Source: Salisapilia sapeloensis CBS 127946 (lineage: Eukaryota > Protista > Oomycota). Taken from it: 63,143 nt of DNA. The notes under the pieces were generated by a model that saw only the letters and a list, made by a program, of their open reading frames with translations, ran no database searches and was not told the origin of the DNA. How positions within the stretch are numbered: the stretch's first letter is position 1; each line of letters starts with the position of its first letter. The position numbers were made by a program, and so were the translations under genes. Shown here in pieces: positions 34,868 to 46,000 of this stretch. The DNA is taken from NCBI GenBank assembly GCA_023334545.1, contig JAADVB010000093.1, positions 1 to 63,143 of the forward strand, in the 5' to 3' direction.

Positions 34868-35819
34868 ATTTGAAAAAGCGCGCGAACGACTCGGTGAGCT
34901 CTTCGCTATTATTTTGGAACAGACGTAGTACAGTGTTAGATGGAATAACTGAGCGACATCTGTGACTCACTGTACTCCGTCCCAATGAAATGACGAAGAG
35001 CTCAATAGCGCAAATAAATCGACTACAACTTCAACCTGAAGGGCTTCTGAAGATACGCACGACACGATTCCCGCCAAGGCATGACAGAGGTATGCGCGAT
35101 ACACGTGGATAGGTCTGGAGATATAAATAGCTACGTGAAAGTAGCACAAGCTATCAAAGACTCATGCTTAATGAAGTTCATGTACATATGTGATTCTACC
35201 CGCGTTCATTGAGCGGATAATCGGGTATTAGTCTAAGAATATGCAAAGAAACATAGATGAATTGTAACAGGAATTAATGCCTATCATCTTCGTCTAGATC
35301 GATCCATTGGATTAACCGTATACAAATCCTCTTGTGCCGTTTGTCCATACGATATTGTGTACCTACATTTGCGATCGCATCCCGTGGCATTGAGGCTTCA
35401 CTTGACCAAATCATTTTCATATCAACGGACGTAGCGATGCCATCGAAGTTTCTAGCGTCGTCGACCGACCCAAGTTTCCACCATCGAGCGCATTCTCTAT
35501 ACAGGCAGCTTGACTGTCGAGACAGTGTATCGTATCCCGCACCATCTATCCACTGACGAAGCCAAACCGCAACACGTACTCCTTTTGACGGTTGCCACCT
35601 GTGTCCGTGTGTATCATCTGCGTCTGCTCCAGTGCCTCCTTCCCGCCGCCTGTACCAGTCTCAAGTGGTCGCTGTACCATTACCCCGTAGCCATGATGGA
35701 CCTTTGCCCAATCCGAGTGCCAGAAAGTCACCTTTTCGACCAATCGCAGTCTGTACATCTCTACCATATTCAGCACGGCCGAAGTCAGTTGGTAAAAGGA
35801 CAAGAGCAGACTAGTCACG

Positions 35820-36509
35820 ATGGAAGACGTTAGCTTAAAGACCACGGAGCAGCCACAGGCACAGGAGGCCGGCAACGACAAGGCCCTCGACAACCTCATC
35901 TTTAGCGAAAACAAGGAAGAAGGGTCGACGGAGCACTCGGAGACGAAGCCCAAGAGCGGATCGCAGGACGGAGCTCCCGCCGCCACGTCCTCCGAGACGG
36001 ATTCGAACGAAGATGGAGAGGGAAAAGAGACCAAGCAGCGTTCGTCTTCTGGCCGATCTTCTCTCGTCAACGCCTTCCCCGTCGACAAGCTCAAGAACGG
36101 CGCGTCCACTGCCACCAAGGTAGCAGGCGGCGTCTTTAGCCTGGTCCGTGAAAAGTCTGGTGTCGCCTACGAGACAGCCAAGTCTTCCCAGGCGGGCTCC
36201 GCTGTCTCCAGCGGCTACACTCGTGCGACAACGGCTGGGTCGGAGCAGTTCGGAAAGCTCAAGGAGACCGATGCGTACAAGCGCAGCACGGCCGTCGCGT
36301 CTGGCGCTTATGACAAGGTGCTTTTCGTATTTGAACTAGAAAGAATGCAGTGTATTGATGTGTCGTAGGCTCGAATGGCTGCATCGTCTGGGTATGAGAT
36401 GGCCAAGACTGGCGCTTCGACTGGGTACGAGACCATCCGCTCACGCATGAACTCTGGGCAAGGGAGTGCGGAGACGGCAGCACCGTCGCAGGAGAGCAAG
36501 AAGGAATAA
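35820..36509 (+). CDS. Hydrophilic LEA-like/disordered protein; join(35820..36318,36369..36509)
   Basis: Low-complexity charged N-terminus, then repeated S/TG.YE.AK-type amphipathic units. One GT-AG intron in phase, TAA at 36509. Confidence 0.7.
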
Positions 36510-37760
36510 AGGTTTGGACATGAGCGTGGATAATCCGGCGTCCTAGGCGCATGCTTGGCTTGCTCTTTTCCCAGTTTTGTATGATGGTCGACGCGTCCTC
36601 TCGGCCGACTTTGCTTTTCACTTTCGTATCAGACAAGAGCTAGCTACAAAGAGAATAAAAAGAACGTAAAGCTTTGGACTTTGTGCATGAAGTCTTGCCG
36701 TTTGGTCGGCGGACTTGAACTCGACTTGAAGGTCCACTTGAACACCTGTATCAACATCAAGTTCGCTTCGACAACAACCGTTTGGTTTGGACTATCTTAA
36801 TACGTAGAAACAGTTCCTGGTTATTGTAATGAAGCTGCTAGTCTGAAGCATTGCTTCGTTGCTCTCTTGTACAGAGTCTGTTAGGTGGCTAGTGGAGTAG
36901 TGATAGTCTGTATTGCTACAGGACTACTTGACTATATTTTTGACGGGTGACACTTGGAAGCGACGTGTTCATGCTTCCGTATCTCTTGAACACGTCTACC
37001 ACTGTATCGTCTACCGACCTAGTCATCAAGTGAAATGTGATTCTTCTAGCTCTGGATTTAGACGACCGAAAGCTTTTCAGACCATACTCGATCTTGTCTT
37101 CGACTTTGGTGAGTACATCCAAGCATGACTTCAGTCGTCTTGTAGACTTCGTTCGAGTCTAGTAGTCGGATCTGTAGCGAAGACTCCCACTCTTGGAATA
37201 CTTGTACGTGTGGAATTGTAATTTCATGTTCACGGCGATAGGCATCGAGGTAAGGACCGAGAATACCGGACCAAGATTACTTCAGAAAGCAAAGCCCTCG
37301 ACACGATATGACTGTGCACCTATCTGCGTTAGCTGCCATCGTATCCAGTGGAGCCCACCGACCAAGTCTAGAAGAGGTAAACGGTAAAACGACAGTTTAT
37401 GGAGTAGCTGCGTGCTGCCCTATAACAGTCGTATCCTGCCGGAATCTCCACGTCGCTTCCTGCCAATCCTGCCATGTATTCGACTCACTCCAAACGATTG
37501 AAGGCACTCATATCCTTCCTCTGTCACTTGGTTCTTACCAACCAAGTGCATTAGATTCAATAGCTGTACTCTCTACTCCCGCAGCTAGATCTAAAGCGTA
37601 TATGCATGACCAGCACCTCTTGAGCACTCGGTAGCTTATATCTAAAACACTGCTACGGACGTTTACCATCCTGATGGCAACTATGACAGACGAAAGCAAG
37701 AGCAAGAGGTAGAAACGTATTCGCGTTGTTGCTTAGAAGAGATATCTCGTCCATCGTCCA

Positions 37761-38543
37761 TCATCCGCTTCCGACCGCACTCATGAGCTTAAAGTACTCT
37801 GTCGCGTTTTCTGTCACATGGTGCTTCATGAGCGTCATGTCCGTCGGCGCAGCGCTCGTGACGTGGACAACTCGCGCAACGTGTTTCTCCAAGGCCAGCA
37901 CCGTCTCCTCTTCCACTATAGCCACCATGTCGTTAGTTACCTTCTGACCGTCCTATCGATCATACATACTACCTTCCACGTGGACTTGCGGCTCGATCTG
38001 ACGCACGAATGCGATCCGTCCGATGCTCGTGGTGCAAAAGAGGATGCGCTGCGGTGCGAGTCCCGTCGGAGACGAAGGCTTCAGGAGCGGATCGCTCGTG
38101 ACAAACGACCGGAGTTTTTGCATATGCTCCTGCGTCTGCTTCTCGTCCATGCCGGAGACAGTTGCTAGGAGGTAGACGTCCGCGACGCGGACTAGATCCG
38201 CGATCATCTGCGGCGTGTCAGCACTCGCCCACTCGCATTCGCCGTCGGCTTTAACGAGCGTCTCGAGGCAGATCGTAATGGCCCTCGTGCCCATCCGCGA
38301 CGGCAGCGATCGATGCAGTGTAAGCTGGCTGTCGCTCAGTCCGTTCGTATTAATGAGCTTGGCGGGCAGCGTCGCGTGTTCATTCGTCTGGAAGCGTCCT
38401 GGCATCAGCCGATTGTCATTCTGGGCCGGATGCCGGTCGCGTATGGCCGTGGGTTGCTGGGAGACGAAGAGGTAGGTCGTAGCGGCTAGGAGGACGAGTA
38501 CAAGGAGCACGAGGCCAACAGAGCTGTCGTCCTGCACGTCCAT
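37761..38543 (-). CDS. PEX22: Peroxin PEX22-like protein, 2 exons
   Basis: N-terminal TM anchor. ADVYLLA, ILFCTTSIGRIAFVRQIEPQVHVE and the spliced EETVLALEKHV match the plant-type PEX22 pattern. The start could be 38603. Confidence 0.7.
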
Positions 38544-38577
38544 GATTAGACTTGGTTTTTGTATACGCTTGGGCCGG

Positions 38578-39310
38578 ATGAAAGAAGTGGCGGATGGCTG
38601 CATGCAGCAGCTTTATGCAGAGCTCGTGCGATCGACGGTAGGTTTCAGAGTAGGATTTAGGCAAGAGCAAATGGGGAATGAAGAGTGGATCGGATGCATG
38701 TAGATCGCAGCGTACCCCCGAGCGCTGGATGGTGACGAGAGCCATCGGGAGAAGGAGGATCTGATACGGCGGCTGGAAGCCATGGGATATGACGTCGGAT
38801 ATCGATTCGTGGAACGGTAGATGTAGTTGATAGGTACGAGGCACTAGATGTTATTGATATGAAAGTCAGGACGTCCAAGGACCGACCGCGGATGATGGAG
38901 CCGCTGGACGTGATCAAGTTCCTGTGCAAAGACTTTTGGGTCGCGCTCTTTAAGAAGCAGATCGACAAGCTCCAGACCAACCACCGCGTGTGTACTCGTT
39001 CTCTAGACTCTTTAGATGGTCTACTAAGTCGCAGGACGATAGGGTGTGTTTGTCGTCCAGGACCTCCACTTCCGCTGGCTGACGAATCTGTCGGCCGGGA
39101 GCGACGACAGGACCAAGGAGCTCGCCCTCCTCTTCCTCGTCTTCCCCTGCGGCGTCATCCGAGGTGCTCTGGCGAACCTCGGCATCTCCGCCGACGTGAA
39201 CGCCGACGTCGGGACTTTGGGTCTCCCAGGCTGTACTCTTTCGTCCATTCCAAAGTCGTACTCGTACTAACGATCTACTAGGTCTGTTTAATATCAAGAT
39301 GAACACGTAG
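38578..39310 (+). CDS. TRAPPC6: TRAPP complex subunit 6 (Trs33), 5 exons
   Basis: MKEVADGCMQQLYAE, LEAMGYDVGYRFVER, LDVIKFLCKDFW..FKKQIDKLQTNHRGVFVVQD and FPCGVIRGALANLG. Confidence 0.93.
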
Positions 39311-39328
39311 CTCCTTTCATTCCATTTC

Positions 39329-40960
39329 TTAGACGCCCATGCTTTGCCCAAAGGCCTGGATGAACTCATCCAGCGCATCCGTATGTCCTCCCTTGGCCCT
39401 CCCTCTCGGCAGCTCCTCCGGTCGGTACAGGTCCACGATCAGGATCGTCCGGTTCTCCGTCGGATGGCTGTTGAACGCGTAGTGGAGCTTACTGTCGTCG
39501 AATACGAGCACCTCATTTGTCTTGTGATACTTTTTCTCTCCGTCGTTCCCCACCACCATCGCACAGCAGTCCTCTCCGTCTACCGTCGGCACATCTAGTG
39601 GCAGGTGGCACCGGAGGATGTGGTTTGACAGGTCGGCCCAGCCTCGATGGGCGCCCAGTGTCGTGCCGGGCCCGAGCTTGGAGAAGAGGGCAGTGCGGAT
39701 GCCTGGGAGTTGCCGTAGGAGCTCGACGGTGCGAGGACACCTGTCGCATGTGGTGGGCACCCACGTCGTCTTGGACGCGTCCCACGCCGGGAAGGTGTAG
39801 CAGAGAGGAAAGACGCGCCACTCGCTGTCTTCGTCCATGTAGTGGGACTCTGGCCAGAAGGGCCACGTGGCCGTCTTCTCCACCGCCTTCATCTCGTCCA
39901 AGATCGTTTCGAAGTGGTCTTGGAGGAGACGGAGGGCAGGGAAGATGGACTGGTAGTCGTAGTAGTTGGGCAGGTCGTCATCCTGGATGTTGTTGATGTC
40001 ATCCTCGGACGCAGTAGCGTCCCAGAAGCTAGAGTCGTCTTCCTGGTACTCATCCGTCTGGCCTTGAGGTCGACGACGGAGACACACGAGACGGTAGTCC
40101 ATCTCTCCGGCTTCTAGTCGCCGATAAGTCTCAGAGCCTCTGACGAAGAACACCTTCTTCATCTCGTCCTGGAACTCGAGAGGGAAGAGCTGCTCGATGA
40201 GCGTCGTCATGGTGCTAGAGGAGGCAGCACAGGCTCTCGCGACGTCCTTCCCGACGCGTCTCTCGTGTAGAATGTCAAAGCCAGCGACGCTAGGGTCGGA
40301 TCTGGCGAGCGAAAGGAGCTCTTCTTCTACTGTGTCTGATGTGCTTGGCACCAAGTCAGCTAGGAGTAGGATGCCACCTGGACGCAGGACACGGAGAAAC
40401 TCGCCAATTGCTAGCTGCAATCGATCTACCTCGTGCAGCGTCTGGACGGTCGTGAGGAGGTCGACGGAGGAGGATGGCACCGACAGCATCTTTTCACAGG
40501 ACGTGTGGAGAGGTCTAAAGGACGGAGCGGAGGAAGTCTTGTGCTTGCTCAGATGCTGCTGCCACACATCTTTGGCACGAGCGAGGGCCTGGCTGGAAAT
40601 GTCGACACCAACAAGGTGGATGTCTGTGTCTAGGTAGGAGTGGATGGCAGCTAGACCTCCGCCTGGACCACAGCCGACTTCGAGGACGTTGGCAATCGGT
40701 CGACTGTCGTGAGGCAGGAGAGACAGGAGCTCATGATACAGTCTCTGATGCAAGGTGTCTGGAGATACTTTATCATCATCCTCGTCGGTGATGAAGAAGC
40801 CGAGGTTGCAGCAGATGAGATGGTGGGCTGAGTACAGGGGTGCGTAGTAGATGCCGTCGTAGAAGCCTTGGACGCCCATACTGTCCAGGTCGAATTGCAA
40901 GATACATTCGGCTCGATGACACGCATGAGCGGGGAGAGTTTTATGAGATGCTGGTGGCAT
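39329..40960 (-). CDS. Fusion of a class I SAM-dependent methyltransferase and an Asp/Asn beta-hydroxylase-like Fe(II)/2OG dioxygenase
   Basis: One uninterrupted ORF. N-half has VLEVGCGPGGG, VGVDIS and LRPGGILLLAD. C-half has FSKLGPGTTLGAHRG..LRCHLPL, FDDSKLHYAFN and RTILIVD. Confidence 0.85.
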   Translation of the reverse strand: MPPASHKTLPAHACHRAECILQFDLDSMGVQGFYDGIYYAPLYSAHHLICCNLGFFITDEDDDKVSPDTLHQRLYHELLSLLPHDSRPIANVLEVGCGPGGGLAAIHSYLDTDIHLVGVDISSQALARAKDVWQQHLSKHKTSSAPSFRPLHTSCEKMLSVPSSSVDLLTTVQTLHEVDRLQLAIGEFLRVLRPGGILLLADLVPSTSDTVEEELLSLARSDPSVAGFDILHERRVGKDVARACAASSSTMTTLIEQLFPLEFQDEMKKVFFVRGSETYRRLEAGEMDYRLVCLRRRPQGQTDEYQEDDSSFWDATASEDDINNIQDDDLPNYYDYQSIFPALRLLQDHFETILDEMKAVEKTATWPFWPESHYMDEDSEWRVFPLCYTFPAWDASKTTWVPTTCDRCPRTVELLRQLPGIRTALFSKLGPGTTLGAHRGWADLSNHILRCHLPLDVPTVDGEDCCAMVVGNDGEKKYHKTNEVLVFDDSKLHYAFNSHPTENRTILIVDLYRPEELPRGRAKGGHTDALDEFIQAFGQSMGV

Positions 40961-42524
40961 TTTGGTATCTGAGTTGAAACGTTTCAACCGAATAAGTCTG
41001 GATGTAGCAACTTCAAGGAGAACATGCCGAGGTTGAGTGTCAGGTGGACGCTGGGAAGAGGGATGTGAGAGTAAGTGATACTGTTGGTCAAGGATGGAGA
41101 GCGAATAAATCGGTTTGACTTAGGAGTGACAAACTTGGCTAGTTTTGTTATCTTGTAACGGTTACAAGAGATTCATGACGGACGTGATTGACGATACTAG
41201 CGGTATAATCTCGGCTTGTTTCATCCGTCTAGCGTTGTCTGAGTGTTGCAATGTACGGTACTTGAGTGTTTTGCATGCGACCGATGCTACATTGCTCCGG
41301 CTTCCCGTCACTATCTTTGTCTATCCTTTTCTAAGACGACACTGGCGACAGGATTTGAAAGATGATTCCCCTGACACATCCGAGTAGTTCTCTTGGGAAA
41401 GTGGAAGCAATTCATACTAGCATGTGCGTTCAGTCGTACAGGTTTGACTCGGTACGGATCTATTGATGTTCTGGTCACTGAAATAAACTTTGACAGTGCC
41501 GTGCACGACGCTTCGTCGAACCAAACAATGTAGGATGGAAGCTTACGAGGTGCTCTATTCGAACAGTGTTCCCCTCTGACCACAATCGTACATTATTCCC
41601 CATGCATGTGAATAACCTATATCCTTGCCTGTTTGTGAAGCAAGACAACAAACTAGACAGCAAGCGTCTCGAGTTGATACGCGCAGACTGCCACATGTCC
41701 ATTCGTACATCAAATTGTAACCGAACGCCGGAAAGGACCAGCTATAGACTGCTTCTTATTATTTGCACTTTCAGAATAGCTAGGCTATGAAAGGATGCCA
41801 CAAAGTACATGCTGGACAAGTATCTATCCTTACCACTCCTTTACATACGTTCTATACGACTTAGGATGCTGCATGTGGGGAACGCTGTTCTTTTTTTCCA
41901 TCTAGCTATGCCATTCGATGCATTTATAGCACTCACGGACGATTACAACTTCCATGCTTAGCAAAAGAGATGGCAAGTGAAGCGGCCATCAAGTTTACGA
42001 GTCAAAATTTTACCCGTTTCACGTCTGTGGTGGAATAAGTCCAGGGTCTGTAGACTTTTACGAGAGAGATCTATGTTCTTGCTATGAAGCCCCTAGGTTT
42101 CCGTGAGAAATCGGATGCTCCAACGAAAAGGCAGTGAGGTACCAAAATATATTTCTACCAACCTCGGAATGCTATACTAGCGAGTAGGGACTATCGTTGC
42201 GTTTAGGAATGTCCACATACTGCGTTACCGCTAAGTACATGGTCCGTTCTAATCGTACAGATGGGCCTGATCCGTTTATATCTGTTCTTCGTTTGAGCTT
42301 TTCATTGCTCATGGCATCTTATAAGTCATCCTTGTGCAAGCAGTGGTAACGAAGGAGTGATCAAAGATCACATTAAACCAATTGTATTCGTGACCTTTGC
42401 GTCAGTCTTTCCTGTCCCTCTTAGAGACCTATTAAAAGCTCCGTTGTAATCTTGTCGTCTCATGTCCTGCAATCTTATCTTTGGAGCAAGGCGTCGGTTC
42501 GTACACAAGAATAAATCCGTCCGG

Positions 42525-43049
42525 ATGGAGACGACGCCCATCAAGGCGATGTCACCTCGACGTTTATCCGACAAACAGTTGCGAGAGCAGTCATCAATGA
42601 AGGGCCCGAGCTTGCACGATTTCGACAGTCCGTTGGTAGTAAGGCCCAAGACTCCATTTCTCGAAGATGACTTGGGTCGATCTCCGCAAAGCTCCAAGCC
42701 TCCGCATCGATCTCGACGCTCCGCCTCGACGGAGCATATCAGTACGCATGCCCTCGAACGTCTTGGCGTGGACTTGGAGGTGCTCAAGAAAGAGAAGGGT
42801 ATGAAAAAGTTAGGTATATGCGACGAGGATATTGCTCGCAGTGAAGAGCTGCGGCGGTACAGTGGCATCGTCGTCAAGCGCGACTCGACTCCTACGAAAA
42901 AGGAGTGTATTCTCGGCTTCTCGGAAGAACAGTTGCAACGTGTAAAGGCAGTCAAGCACCTCGGGACGAGCGAACACGAGATCTGGGAAGACTACAGCAA
43001 GCGTGTATCTGGTCTCGGCAGCAATCTCAAGGGCACACCACGCAAGTAG
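42525..43049 (+). CDS. Hypothetical protein (174 aa) with repeated K.LG..EE helical units
   Basis: Gene-like codon usage. Internal repeats LERLGVD, MKKLGICDED, ILGFSEEQ and VKHLGTSEHE. Confidence 0.65.
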   Translation: METTPIKAMSPRRLSDKQLREQSSMKGPSLHDFDSPLVVRPKTPFLEDDLGRSPQSSKPPHRSRRSASTEHISTHALERLGVDLEVLKKEKGMKKLGICDEDIARSEELRRYSGIVVKRDSTPTKKECILGFSEEQLQRVKAVKHLGTSEHEIWEDYSKRVSGLGSNLKGTPRK

Positions 43050-43094
43050 AATTGAAACGAAATACATTCGCACGATGATGATCCTAAAATTTGT

Positions 43095-46000
43095 TCATCT
43101 ACCGAATGAAAAAGCACTCGGGTTCTTCTCGAGCTGATCCAGCTTGTTACCGAGAGACGCCGAGGACGGCAGTCCACCCGTCCGCCTCCCTCCATGTGCA
43201 CTACCACTGGCAGCTTCCGGTGCCCTGGAAGAACCAACACGAAAGTTGGACAGCGCTGGCGAGTCCATCGTCGCGGAGGCGAACCTATTGGCGCTGCTCT
43301 GCCCTAGCTCATTCCCACTGGAGCTGTGGCGCCGGTGGTGGTTTGCTCTCGGCGTTGCACTCTCGACTCTTGCAGGTGAAGTCGCTTCCTTCTCTTCCAC
43401 CCTCTTTCTGTCTCGCGCCAGTGGCAGGTCGAGGTTCTGGCACTGACATTCGCAGTCGGTGACAGGGCACACGCGGTGGCTTTCGAACCAGTTAGACATG
43501 TGATGTGCGTGTCCGCCGTGCTTGCAGGACTGGCACCACGTGAACCATTCGGCGAAAGGGATACTGGAGAGCTGGGCGAGACTCTCCTGCGACGTCTTGC
43601 TGCTGCCGTCATCATGCTCCAGACCGGCATTGCCCTGCGTCGTGAGAGAAGACGCGATGCTATCGGCCTGGTGCTTGCTCCGTCGATGCGCGAGCTCAAA
43701 GTACGGGTTGAGCGTCCCGAATGGCATGAGACAGAGGGCGCATTGGGGCAAAGGCTTGCGGCACGTAGGACAGCAGGACAGCTTGGGCTTGGTGCGGTTC
43801 AGCCAGGACGCATGGGAGCCTCCTTGGCGCAGGAGGTTGGACAGGGACAATGACGTGTTACAAAAGTTACAACGAGCAAAGAGCTGCGGGTCTATGCGGA
43901 GTGTCGTGGGTGGTTGGAGGGACGCCGTGACATCGGATGTGACCTGCTCGTCGTCTTCCGCCGGCGCATCTAGGGACGACAGGTAGTTCTCGAACTGCGC
44001 TCGACCGACGTCGAAGCGAGCGCGTTCGTGGAAGAGCTGCCACTGGTTCAAAAGGTCTCGATAGACCTCGACCCAGTGCCACATGGCTCTCGTCCGCGCG
44101 ACATGGGCGACCGGCAGACGTGCCGCCAGTAGTGCCAGCGTCTGGACGTCTCCGCCGCGGTCAACGTACCTCTGTAGCAGCTTGCGGCCGCTATCTCCGA
44201 GACCTGTGACGAGCAGACCGTCGAGGCGGCCGATGAACTCGCAGTCCTCTTGTTGCTGGGTGACCCACGTGAGAAGTCCTTCCGCAGGCAGGTAGCGACA
44301 CGCGAGGGCGAGTCGGTCGCTCAACGGGAGCGTCGTATCGCTCAGCAGCGGTGCGTACATGCTGACAGTCGGCTGCTTGGCAGACGCATGACGTCCGGAG
44401 AGCGTTTGGAAGGCCGAGTCGGACGACTTGATGACCGTCAAGAACGTCAAGAGGGCAAAGAGGTAGCGAGGTTGGTGCGGCGACAGGATCTCTTCTCGTC
44501 GCAGCAGTTGCTGGCACATGCCGCTCCACATGGATGTGGAGGCGCCGGAGGCCGTAGAGTACCCCGCGACAGCCATCGCGACGAGCTGCAGGACGTCGGA
44601 CGAGTACGGCGCCGAGACGCTCACATGCAGGTGCTGCATCTGCGACAGCCACGCGGCACCTTGCTGGAGCAGATGAACGGCCGCGACCAAGTCGCCGTGG
44701 AAGACCGCCAGTGCCGCGCCGCGCGCGTAGCTCTTCTCGGTCTCGCACTTGCGTAGAATGCTCTTGAGCTCATATCTCTCCGACTCGATCGCGTCCTCCG
44801 AGGTGCTGGCGCGACTGCTCCGGAGACTCGCTGGCTCTTCCTCCTGCTCACCGTTCCCTCGACCGCAGTTCGGATCCCAGTTGCACGCTTGGAGCGCCAG
44901 GCGCCGACCGACACCGTCGTAGTAGCAGCACCCGAGCACCGCGTCGACACAGAGCTCCGACTCGATGCCGGCGCTCAGTCGGGACTTCTGTCGCGGCGAC
45001 GTCGCTGCGTGATCTCCGGCGTACAAGAGGTCGCGGACACCGCACGTCTCGAGGGCGGTGGCGCTCGTCCGCCAGCCACTGAGCGCCTGGAGGTTCGTGT
45101 CGGAGTGCGCGAGGCGGCGCAGCGTCTCCACCTGCTCCACCCACGTCCAGAGACTGCGGAGTTGCCGATGTCGCTCCGACGACGCGTAGAAGAGCTTGAG
45201 GTTCGTCGCGACGGACATAGAGTAGCCTTGCTTGGCCAGCGAGTACATGGCGCGCGAGATGTCTTCCGCGTCTTGTAGCGTCGACGCGCGTTTCAGCGCT
45301 CCTTTCTCCATCCGCGCCTGTTGCTGCTCGGCGTCCATAGCGCCGGAGAAGAGGACGCGGCCGCAGCTGAAGCCAAGGTCGCTCAGAGGCGACAACGCGA
45401 TGGGGATCGTGTCGTGCACCGACATGTCCTCGAGCTCGCCTGACAGATTCGCCGTCAGAAGCCGGTTCGGGAACGCCGCGGCGGCGATCGCGCGCGCATC
45501 TGTGTGCTTCTCCTGCGGCGGCCACCCGGCGCTGGTTTCCGTCGCGCGAGGGACGTACTGCCACGAGAAGGAGGACAGAGGACCGGACGTGTACCGCCGA
45601 CGGAAAGGTTTCTTCACCTTGTGCGTCTCCTGCTCCTCGGCGCCGTCGCTTGTGGGTGCGCTTCGCCTTCCGACTACCTCTTCCTGCTCCAAATCTTCAT
45701 CCAGCTCGAAAGCCGTCTCAGCGCCGGCGTCCCACAGCGACACCCACTTCTCCTCCGCGGAGGACGTGATGAGGATGCCTGGCTTGGCGGGACACCAGGA
45801 CACCTGCGTCAGCGTCTTGCTCGTTGGGTGCAGCGACAGCACTGGCCCAGCGCTCGAGTCCAGGCGACGAATGTCCCACACTTTGATCGGCTCGTTGTGT
45901 CCGTCCGAGTACGTCGCGACCATGTGCGGTCGGTGGCGATCAAAGTCGACGCCGAGGACGGACTTGGTGTGCGCCACGACGCTGAGCGGCGAGTGCGAGT

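Noticed and set aside
41000-42460. Short ORFs and possible ncRNA in the 1.4-kb spacer
   Set aside because: No recognisable protein motif, snRNA/snoRNA box pair or tRNA fold.
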